A stretch of DNA of 64,000 nt from an uncultured candidate division WWE3 bacterium (lineage in GTDB: Bacteria > Patescibacteriota > WWE3 > UBA101185 > UBA10185): NCBI GenBank assembly GCA_938004185.1, contig CALKWN010000065.1, positions 90,371 to 154,370 on the forward strand, written 5' to 3'. How positions within the stretch are numbered: the stretch's first letter is position 1; each line of letters starts with the position of its first letter. Made by a program: the position numbers and the translations under genes. The notes under the pieces were generated by a model. It was not told where the DNA came from. It did not search any database and was given only the letters and a program-made list of their open reading frames with translations. Below are positions 57,048-64,000 of the stretch, one piece after another.

Positions 57048-58364
57048 TTATTGCCGGTTTTGGTATTTTTCCAGGAATCTGGGGTATATACATTCCGTTG
57101 ATTCCATCTCGTGAGGTTTGCATGTGCTTTTTAAGTAAAAAACAGCGTTGGCTTGAAGACATGCTGAGTAGATAATTAACAAGAATATCGGAATTAGTTT
57201 TTTACCTTTTAGGTTTTTTAATGTTTCATAAGTAAGAATAACCATAATCGGAAGGACGTCTGTCATAAATCTGTACCCGAAGCTACTACCTCCGTCCCAA
57301 CCGTACCATTTTGAATACATTAGAATGTATATGATTACTGCAGGGCTGATAAATCTATAAAGCAAATTATTTTCTGCTCCGAAATATTTGTCTCTGTATA
57401 CACGAAAAATTGCATAGAAAGATAACAATAACAATGGGCTGATAATTAAAATACCTTTTCCCGGAGTAAATAATTGTCCCGCCAACCCCTCCAAAATAGG
57501 GGTTGTCCATTTTATATCTCCTCGTGCCTCGTACCCACTAGATAGGATACCTCCAAAAGCTATCTTGTTGTAAATTAAAAGTGGAATTGTAGGTATAAGG
57601 GCACCCAGTGTATAGAAGATCACGTATTTTTTATGTTTAATCAAAACATAAAGACCTACTAAAACCGATACTATAGCAGTTGTTTGTCTCGTTGCGATAA
57701 GCAAGCCACACAACAGCCCTATAATAAAGAAGCTTCTAACTTTCAGTTCTGTTTGTATCAGCAACAGAATTGTTGTGCACAAAATTGTTACAACTAAAGT
57801 ATGGGTCCAAAGTTCGCGGCTGGAAATGGTCCACATACTTGTTCCAAGTGCGAAGAACGTGGTGATAGGATATAGAAGTTTGCTTTTCCTATCGATTTTT
57901 CTCAAAATTGCGTATAGTAACGAAACAGACACTGCAGAATAAAATGCTGCTGCCACTCTTCCTATAAGAAGGATTTTTAAAATATTTTCATGGTAAGTGA
58001 CAGTTGGTATTTTGTTTAATGCCAGAGGAATAATGTAGAACGGGTAGGCAAATAATCCGGTAAGAACGGGGTACGAGGAGTATCTTCCGCTTTCTCCCTT
58101 TGAAATGTAATACTGAATCTTTTTGTTGCTGTCAAATCGTCTTAAGTGGAATGCAATTGGCGAAAAATCAAAAGTGTTGTGGTTATATAACAAAAAAGGC
58201 AAAAAAGTGTTGGGTACGGCATCGGCAGAGGGAAGTAAGTTTGAATGAGTTTGTTTTAAAATGTCTTTTTTAAAATCTTGTGGTGTGTTAATCAGATAAA
58301 TGGAAAATGTGAGCAAGAAAACAACAACGTATTTTACAAAAGGTTTTTTGATTAATTCCCTCAC
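57048..58364 (-). CDS. polytopic membrane protein, GT-C-like glycosyltransferase candidate
   Basis: About 11 TM helices. 438 aa. Confidence 0.35.
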   Translation of the reverse strand: MRELIKKPFVKYVVVFLLTFSIYLINTPQDFKKDILKQTHSNLLPSADAVPNTFLPFLLYNHNTFDFSPIAFHLRRFDSNKKIQYYISKGESGRYSSYPVLTGLFAYPFYIIPLALNKIPTVTYHENILKILLIGRVAAAFYSAVSVSLLYAILRKIDRKSKLLYPITTFFALGTSMWTISSRELWTHTLVVTILCTTILLLIQTELKVRSFFIIGLLCGLLIATRQTTAIVSVLVGLYVLIKHKKYVIFYTLGALIPTIPLLIYNKIAFGGILSSGYEARGDIKWTTPILEGLAGQLFTPGKGILIISPLLLLSFYAIFRVYRDKYFGAENNLLYRFISPAVIIYILMYSKWYGWDGGSSFGYRFMTDVLPIMVILTYETLKNLKGKKLIPIFLLIIYSACLQANAVFYLKSTCKPHEMESTECIYPRFLEKYQNRQ

Positions 58365-58859
58365 AGATTTAGTTTATCACTAAAGGATTTTCCGAGTGTA
58401 CTTGTAATATATTGAGTGCAGAAACCCTACCCTGTCAATATTTGACAAATCCCTCAAAAATCACTATAAACAACATTAGCCGCTTCTCTTGACAACAAAA
58501 TACGTTCCGTGACTTACCAACACTTTTTGTATTTAGAGAAAATCTAGGAGTTTGCATCCGGATTTTCTAACCGACAGTTAAAACGACACAAATACGACCA
58601 AAACGCATCAGCCCGTCTCCATTTACTCTCCGTCCCTGTGTTTACCATGAATATAGGGGCAAAACTCTAATTATCGTTGCGGAACGATTCGGCTACGGCA
58701 ATGTTTATATCCGGCTTAGATATAAATACCGTCCGAAGTTTTTTTGTCAGAGAGCGTAGAAAGCTAGGAAAAGGAATGTAAGACAATACAGGAAAACCCC
58801 TTCCCCGTATTGTTAAACAGCCTGATCCTAGCCTTCTTTTTTTATAGGGTTTTACAGGA

Positions 58860-60167
58860 TTATTTCTCAATTAATTCAATTTTTGCACCTAGGCTTGTGT
58901 AGTCTTCGATAATATTGGGGTATCTCCTCAGAAGAAACTGCGCGTTGTTAATCGTAGTTTCTACCGGGTCAGCCAGTGCCAAAAGAAAAAGCGCCATAAT
59001 AGCTTGTATTACGTCAGGCGGATAAACTTCCGAACTTTTAAGCTTGGCAGGTCCGGAGATGATAACCCTTTGTGGGTCGCATATAAAAACATTGCCTCCC
59101 ATCGAAGCCAGTTCTCTCGAGAATTCCAAACCCGATTCATACATCCAGTTTTGTATAAGAATTTTGCCGTTTAATTTACATCCGAGGGCTACTATTTGGG
59201 GTAAGGCGTCCACCGGAAATCCCGGCCAAGGTCTGGGCGAGAATTTAGGCAGATCGTCAGTTGCCAAAGGCATTCCGGAATTAACAAGGTCGATTTTTAA
59301 CGGGTTTTTGCCGTCGATCTCCAGATCATTTCCGTTTCTTTTTATGTCAATGTTGAATTTTGATAGGTGTCTTATTACGCCGTCAACAATTTCCGGAACA
59401 TTGGCGTCCTTTAAAATAATGTTACCTTTAGTCAGGGCTGCCGCGACAACGTAACCTACTATATCAATAATGTCAGGCCCCGGTTTATATGAAGATTCTT
59501 TTAAGTTTTCACTGCCTTCAATAATTATTTTATTTGTGCCGATTCCGGTAATTTTGGCTCCCATGTTGTTTAACAAAGTAAGCAGTTCGGTAACGTGAGG
59601 TTCGCAGGCCGCGTCAGTAAGCTCAAAAGTACCGTCAACTCCGGCTGCGTACATTGCAAAATTCTCGGTGGCTGTGACACTGGCTTCAAGTTGCCATATC
59701 CGAACATTTTTCGGGTGATCTTTCACTGTAAAAGTAACTGTATCTGTGTCGAATTCAGTTTCAACCCCACACCCTTTAAAAACATCAAAATGGGCGGACA
59801 ACGACCTTTTACCTAAAACGCAACCTCCCGGGACCGGAATTTTTGCTTTGCCGAATCTAGCGAGTAAGGGACCTGCAAACATTACAGAGCCCCTGAATTT
59901 TTTTGAAGACGGGGATATAACTTCCCATTTATTTACGTTGGTGCAGTCTATTATCAGGTTGTTATAGTCGTTGTTGTCAACTTCCGCGCCCAGCTCTTTT
60001 AGTATTTCGAGAATTTTATCTACGTCTGTGGATTTGGGAACATTTTTGTAAGTTGTTTTGCCTTTTACTAAAATACTTGCTGGAAGAGCAGCGACTATTG
60101 AATTTTTGTTTGCTATGGGAGTGACGGTTCCTGTAAGTTTGTTTCCGCCTGTTACTTTTATTTTCAC
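58860..60167 (-). CDS. murA: UDP-N-acetylglucosamine 1-carboxyvinyltransferase
   Basis: KLTGTVTPIANKNSIVAALPA. Active-site Cys context PGGCVLGKR. EPT fold. 435 aa. Confidence 0.85.
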   Translation of the reverse strand: MKIKVTGGNKLTGTVTPIANKNSIVAALPASILVKGKTTYKNVPKSTDVDKILEILKELGAEVDNNDYNNLIIDCTNVNKWEVISPSSKKFRGSVMFAGPLLARFGKAKIPVPGGCVLGKRSLSAHFDVFKGCGVETEFDTDTVTFTVKDHPKNVRIWQLEASVTATENFAMYAAGVDGTFELTDAACEPHVTELLTLLNNMGAKITGIGTNKIIIEGSENLKESSYKPGPDIIDIVGYVVAAALTKGNIILKDANVPEIVDGVIRHLSKFNIDIKRNGNDLEIDGKNPLKIDLVNSGMPLATDDLPKFSPRPWPGFPVDALPQIVALGCKLNGKILIQNWMYESGLEFSRELASMGGNVFICDPQRVIISGPAKLKSSEVYPPDVIQAIMALFLLALADPVETTINNAQFLLRRYPNIIEDYTSLGAKIELIEK

Positions 60168-60244
60168 GTTTCTATTATATCAGGTTACTTCGTAGCAGAA
60201 GTAACCTTGACAAGTTATTCAAAAAAATTGCAGACCGCAAGCAA

Positions 60245-61303
60245 TTAAAATCCTACAAAAACGACCTCGGGAACAAGCTCAATGCCAAATTTGTTTTTTA
60301 CGGACGATTGAATTACGTGGCTAAATTCCATTATTTCTTGGGCTGTTGAGTTGCCTCTGTTAATGATTGCCAGAGCGTGTTTCGTAGAAAGGCCGGTGTC
60401 CTTATAAATATATCCCTTATGAAATCCTGAATTTTCTATCAGCCAGGCGGCTGCGATCTTAAAAGTTTTGTCAGGATTTTCATAAAGCGGAATGTTAGCA
60501 TCGTATTTTTCTCTAAGTTCCCCGGCTTTTTTTGTTGAAATAGAGGGATTTGTAAAGAACGATCCGGCACTTTTCGAATCCGGATCGTTTTTGCTTACCA
60601 CCATAGACTTTGACTTACGGATTTTTAGAACGGCTTTTCTAATTTCCTTAGGAGATTCCTTTTGTTTTTCCGTCAGGTTTTTGAGCTGATCGTGTATTAT
60701 CGAATTTTTGTTTACATTTTTTGTAAGGACAATTTCAGTTGAGTAAATTATTGTTTGATTATTATTTTTAAATTTGCTGTTTCTGTATGAATAGTCGCAT
60801 TTGTTTTTTGGAATTGTAATAAACTTTTTTGCCGAAATATCGTAAAGTTCTACCGATTTAATTACATCGGAAATTTGTTGACCGTATGCCCCGATATTTT
60901 GAACTGCTGAAGCTCCTACAGTTCCGGGAATTCCGGACATGCATTCTACTCCCCGGTAATTTTTGTTTACTGTGTAAAGGACAAAATCGTCCCATTTTAC
61001 GCCTGCTGCAACATTTATAACTACACTTTGCTTGTTTTCCGATTTTTTAGTTATGGACGTGTTTTTGAATTTTATTGCCAGGCCACCAAAGCCTTTATCT
61101 GATATCAGCATGTTACTTCCCTGCCCTATTACTAAGATTTTAAGATTATTAGTTTCCGCAAATTTTATTGCATTTTGAAGGTCGGTTTTTGTTTTTATTT
61201 CAGCGTAGTATTTTAACGGGCCACCTACTCCCAGTGTTGTCATTTGGGCGGCGGATTTGTTTTTTGTTATTTTTAGGTCTTGCAATTGAGTTTGGTGGGC
61301 CAT
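60245..61303 (-). CDS. murB: UDP-N-acetylenolpyruvoylglucosamine reductase
   Basis: FAD-binding N-terminus (ILVIGQGSNML) and C-terminal AAWLIENSGFHKG. Confidence 0.8.
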   Translation of the reverse strand: MAHQTQLQDLKITKNKSAAQMTTLGVGGPLKYYAEIKTKTDLQNAIKFAETNNLKILVIGQGSNMLISDKGFGGLAIKFKNTSITKKSENKQSVVINVAAGVKWDDFVLYTVNKNYRGVECMSGIPGTVGASAVQNIGAYGQQISDVIKSVELYDISAKKFITIPKNKCDYSYRNSKFKNNNQTIIYSTEIVLTKNVNKNSIIHDQLKNLTEKQKESPKEIRKAVLKIRKSKSMVVSKNDPDSKSAGSFFTNPSISTKKAGELREKYDANIPLYENPDKTFKIAAAWLIENSGFHKGYIYKDTGLSTKHALAIINRGNSTAQEIMEFSHVIQSSVKNKFGIELVPEVVFVGF

Positions 61304-61345
61304 CTGTCAGGATGTGCGAACTACGTATACAAAGGATTGTGTGGC

Positions 61346-62071
61346 TCACATTCCTATATAAAGGCCCCTTCCTGTAATCCCCTTTTTATCGTAAATTGCT
61401 TTTAATCCTGCCTCCTCAAAAGCATTCATATATTCATTTTCAGTAAAAAGGCCAATTTCATGTAGTTCGGTAAAATACTCGACTTTACCATTTGTGGCAA
61501 CTAAAAAATGAAAGTCGATAATTGAAACGTTGTCTTTTCTATCACTGATATTAACCCGGGCTAATTTCATTTCAGGTTTGTTTACAAAAACAGCCGAGGG
61601 TCTTCCGATACTCCATTGATCAGGAGAAAACCAAGGTTCGACAATTATCACACCCCCTGGTTTTAGATGTCTCTTAAAAGTTTTTATGGCTATATTTAAA
61701 TTTTTAACCGTAATGGTGTAACCAATAGCGCTGAATAAGCAGGTAATTACATCAAATTTCTTTTTTATAATAAAATTAACCATATCGCCTTGGTGAAAGG
61801 TAATTTTAGGAAATCTTTTTCTTGCTACCTTGAGCATATTTATATCTACATCTAGGCCTTCAGGTTTATACCATTTAGCTAAATATGGAAAATGCCCTCC
61901 CGTACCGCACCCGATATCTAGGAGGTTGTTACCCTTTGTTTTCTTGTATTTTTCTATAATATCCTGGATTTGCTTAGACTCATTTTCGTAATCTTTACCC
62001 TGAGCTTCATATATTGCATCGTAATATTCTGCCTGTTTTTCGTAACTCTTTTCATACGGAGATTTTTTCAT
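61346..62071 (-). CDS. class I SAM-dependent methyltransferase
   Basis: LLDIGCGTGGH motif I. Confidence 0.7.
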   Translation of the reverse strand: MKKSPYEKSYEKQAEYYDAIYEAQGKDYENESKQIQDIIEKYKKTKGNNLLDIGCGTGGHFPYLAKWYKPEGLDVDINMLKVARKRFPKITFHQGDMVNFIIKKKFDVITCLFSAIGYTITVKNLNIAIKTFKRHLKPGGVIIVEPWFSPDQWSIGRPSAVFVNKPEMKLARVNISDRKDNVSIIDFHFLVATNGKVEYFTELHEIGLFTENEYMNAFEEAGLKAIYDKKGITGRGLYIGM

Positions 62072-62135
62072 GAGATAATTATACTAGGTTACACATGGTT
62101 TTTATATGTTGTCTCAATAACAAATGCAAGGATTT

Positions 62136-62221
62136 TGGTGGGCGAGAAGGGAGTCGAACCCTTATATCCTTGCGGACAAAAGATTTTAAGTCTTTCGTGT
62201 ATACCATTCCACCACTCGCCC
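62136..62221 (-). tRNA. tRNA-Leu (anticodon TAA), type II, CCA encoded
   Basis: Manual fold: GGGCGAG acceptor, AAAGA-CTTAAAA-TCTTT anticodon arm, long variable arm, AAGGG-TTCGACT-CCCTT T-arm. Confidence 0.85.
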
Positions 62222-62241
62222 TAAAACGTGGTTGCCAAATT

Positions 62242-62266
62242 TATCTGGCGCCCCCGGAGGGAGTCG
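62242..62266 (-). repeat. 25-nt direct repeat of the tRNA-Arg(TCT) 3-prime end (T-loop to CCA plus 3-4 nt), att-like
   Basis: tatctggcgcccccggagggagtcg is identical at 62242-62266 and 62356-62380. Confidence 0.8.
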
Positions 62267-62359
62267 GTCACCGGTTCGCGCCTGCTGACGCGCCCGTCGA
62301 CCCCGGCTCGGCACCGTCGTGCCTACGCCGTTCGACTCTGAAAAATACCTAACAATATC

Positions 62360-62435
62360 TGGCGCCCCCGGAGGGAGTCGAACCCCCAACCTCTTCCTTA
62401 GAAGGGAATTGCTCTATCCTTTGAGCTACGAGGGC
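62360..62435 (-). tRNA. tRNA-Arg (anticodon TCT), CCA encoded
   Basis: Manual fold: GCCCTCG acceptor, (A)TTCC-CTTCTAA-GGAAG anticodon arm with one mismatch, GGGGG-TTCGACT-CCCTC T-arm. Confidence 0.8.
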
Positions 62436-62566
62436 ATAGCAAGTGTATTTATACCATTTAAAGGCCGAATCGCTCAATAATTAGTAGGGGCGGTTTGTGA
62501 ACATGCCCGTTTCCTCACCCCCTCCCACTACCCCACCCCGCCTAGACCGTCCCCAACCACAGTGCT

Positions 62567-62905
62567 ATGATTAATCACATGGTCGAACAAATAACAGCAA
62601 TAATCAAACCTTTTCTCGATCCCTGGATAATCTTCGGATTTGCCGCCCAGTTCGTGTTTTTTCTAAGATTTGCCGTGCAGTGGTGGGTATCGGAAAAAAA
62701 GAAGGAAAGTGTAATTCCGGTGGCTTTTTGGTACCTAAGCCTTGTAGGTACTTTCATGATTCTTATCTATTCAATAAAAAGACAGGATATCGTTTTTATC
62801 GCGGCTTCGGTGCTAAATTCAATGATTTATATCAGAAATTTGGTTCTCATTTACAATAAAAAGAAGAGATCGGAACAGAGTTCGGGCGAAAATACTACAT
62901 TGTAG
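62567..62905 (+). CDS. lipid-A-disaccharide synthase N-terminal domain (LAB_N) small membrane protein
   Basis: IIFGFAAQFVFFLRFAVQWWVSEKKKESVIPVAFWYLSLVGTFMILIYSIKRQDIVFI...IYIRNL matches the LAB_N pattern. Confidence 0.55.
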   Translation: MINHMVEQITAIIKPFLDPWIIFGFAAQFVFFLRFAVQWWVSEKKKESVIPVAFWYLSLVGTFMILIYSIKRQDIVFIAASVLNSMIYIRNLVLIYNKKKRSEQSSGENTTL

Positions 62906-62944
62906 AGCCAGGTTTATCTTATTACGCCGGGAAACAGTATTTTA

Positions 62945-63019
62945 TGGAGCGGCGGACCGGGCTCGAACCGGCGACCTTCTCCTTGGAAGGGAGACATTCT
63001 ACCACTGAACTACCGCCGC
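62945..63019 (-). tRNA. tRNA-Gly (anticodon TCC), CCA encoded
   Basis: Manual fold: GCGGCGG acceptor, TCTCC-CTTCCAA-GGAGA anticodon arm, GCCGG-TTCGAGC-CCGGT T-arm. Confidence 0.85.
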
Positions 63020-63091
63020 AAATCTTACCTGACTATTCTACATTATTGGCTGAAAAATCCAAGTCAGCCAACCCCCGCACTTTAGTACGGG

Positions 63092-63541
63092 TTACTCCAG
63101 TTTCTTCAATAAATCTCGCTTTTTCCTCTCGTATTCCTTTTTCGTTATTTTTCCGCGGTTTAGCAACTCGCGATATCTGTTTAGCCCTTTTTCATATAAA
63201 TTCATCTTCGAGGGGTCCAGTTCAGCGTCGTGGTGGAGTTTAGAGTGTGCGTGATACAGTTTTTGGTCCAATATTCTCTTTGTTTTAGCTGCCATTTTCT
63301 TGTTTACGAACTTAACGACAATATCGTCTGTGCCTGTAGTTACAATTTCCAAATGTGAAAAGAAAATTCTTGAATGAAGTGTGGCCTGTGCAATCTGGTT
63401 ATACGATATAGTCATTTCCTTAACCACGAACCAGCTTCTTTTTCTGTAAGTTAAAAGGTCGTCATATACCGAAAGAGTGGGCGGCCAGATTGTCCGGTTG
63501 AAGGTAGGGTTTCCCCTAAGCTTCATAAGTAATATTGACAT
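63092..63541 (-). CDS. hypothetical protein with C-terminal SHOCT-like motif
   Basis: C-terminus ELLNRGKITKKEYERKKRDLL resembles the SHOCT pattern (GxIT.eEyE.kK..LL). Confidence 0.35.
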   Translation of the reverse strand: MSILLMKLRGNPTFNRTIWPPTLSVYDDLLTYRKRSWFVVKEMTISYNQIAQATLHSRIFFSHLEIVTTGTDDIVVKFVNKKMAAKTKRILDQKLYHAHSKLHHDAELDPSKMNLYEKGLNRYRELLNRGKITKKEYERKKRDLLKKLE

Positions 63542-63554
63542 CTCTTACATAATC

Positions 63555-63770
63555 CTAGAAAGTGTCGGAAAAATCAACATCACGTTCGAGTTCAGGTATG
63601 TAATCCACATCCGAAGGGGCCGGAATTTTTTTCTTTCTTTTGTTTTCAAGGACTGACAGGACCTCAGGGTCGAGTTCGCCTTCGGGGGAAACAGCTTCGT
63701 CGCCGTCTTCCTCCAAAATTATGTCATCCTTATTTTCTTTTTTCTTACTTTTCGGCATATTTTTGGGCAT
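63555..63770 (-). CDS. hypothetical acidic small protein
   Basis: ORF only. Confidence 0.25.
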   Translation of the reverse strand: MPKNMPKSKKKENKDDIILEEDGDEAVSPEGELDPEVLSVLENKRKKKIPAPSDVDYIPELERDVDFSDTF

Positions 63771-63837
63771 TGTATTTATAGAATTGTAAACTTTTTACTA
63801 CATCGGACGAAATATATATACGATGTATAATAATAAA

Positions 63838-64000
63838 ATGCAAGAGTCAACTTACGATTTAATAATTATAGGTGGAGGTCCTTCGGGGCTTACAGCTGCA
63901 GTGTATTCTTCACGGGCTATGTTAAAAACTTTGGCAGTTACGGGTAATCCTCCCGGAGGCCAGCTTGCTACAACTTCAGATGTTGAAAATTTTCCGGGTT
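63838..64000 (+). CDS. trxB: thioredoxin-disulfide reductase, N-terminal fragment (continues beyond window)
   Basis: [27 protein letters not shown]...[15 protein letters not shown] is the FAD-binding N-terminus typical of TrxB. Confidence 0.7.
   Translation, partial: MQESTYDLIIIGGGPSGLTAAVYSSRAMLKTLAVTGNPPGGQLATTSDVENFPG

Noticed and set aside
58365-58859. About 500 bp of non-coding DNA upstream of the GT-C gene, with a listed 67-aa ORF (58667..58870) and a hairpin ACAATAC...GTATTGT
   Set aside because: No recognisable ncRNA (SRP, 6S, tmRNA, RNase P) consensus was found by eye. The short ORF overlaps the murA stop and lacks an RBS. The region is probably regulatory but cannot be specified.
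1-64000. Diversity-generating retroelement or retron (common in small-genome bacteria with lectin-fold targets)
   Set aside because: No ORF with reverse-transcriptase motifs (YxDD and others) is present. No template/variable repeat pair with A-specific mismatches was seen. The LamG repeats vary at all base types.

Overview
This 64 kb window comes from an AT-rich (about 40% GC), small-protein bacterial genome. Gene content and architecture (truncated PheT and trigger factor, no rimM, many type IV pilins, giant surface protein) are compatible with a Patescibacteria/CPR-like or other reduced Gram-positive-like lineage. That lineage call is tentative.

Layout along the window:
- 1-10 kb (+ strand): a type IV pilus locus. 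It holds a 724-aa Cys-rich secreted protein, two PilX_N-like paralogs, seven prepilin-like genes including a strongly expressed major pilin with its own promoter, Shine-Dalgarno and an internal terminator, and pilM/pilN/pilO-like genes.
- 10-17.5 kb (- strand): a housekeeping operon with tyrS, recG, rsmD, rpmF (missed by the ORF track), nusB, an ACP-like protein without the phosphopantetheine serine, rnc, rpsP, a KH protein and trmD.
- 18.4-24.1 kb (+ strand): a class A PBP, then pheS and pheT.
- 24.2-32.9 kb (- strand): one giant 2905-aa ORF. It has an N-terminal membrane anchor, a Gly-rich low-complexity region, at least six LamG-like (concanavalin-type) domains, and two duplicated modules in which a 7-8-blade propeller-like repeat array sits inside a LamG fold. 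The arrays are encoded by near-identical ~150-bp DNA repeats. An ABC exporter (fused TMD-NBD) lies 66 bp upstream on the same strand.
- 34.8-64 kb: mostly housekeeping and cell-envelope genes. These include rplT/rpmI/infC/thrS, truB, a P-type ATPase, clpP/tig, an MFS transporter, a Doc/Phd-type toxin-antitoxin pair, two paralogous secreted glucosaminidase-like proteins, a UXS-like epimerase, LigT, a Gmk-like kinase, two GT-C membrane glycosyltransferases, murA/murB, a LAB_N protein, a YrdC/Sua5 domain fused to a membrane anchor plus an extracytoplasmic domain (coupled to an FtsX-like permease), and a partial trxB.

Six tRNA genes (Val-GAC, Leu-TAG, Pro-TGG, Leu-TAA, Arg-TCT, Gly-TCC) all lie on the minus strand.

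The most unusual non-coding signals are short GC-rich segments, sharply different from the genome's base composition, immediately 3-prime of tRNA-Leu(TAG) and tRNA-Arg(TCT). Each ends in an exact 21-25 nt direct repeat of the tRNA 3-prime end that starts inside the T-loop, and both share a CGGTCAC junction. These look like att-site scars or miniature integrated elements. There are also 5-prime-half pseudo-copies of tRNA-Val and tRNA-Leu.

No CRISPR array, reverse transcriptase (DGR), rRNA or transposase was recognised.
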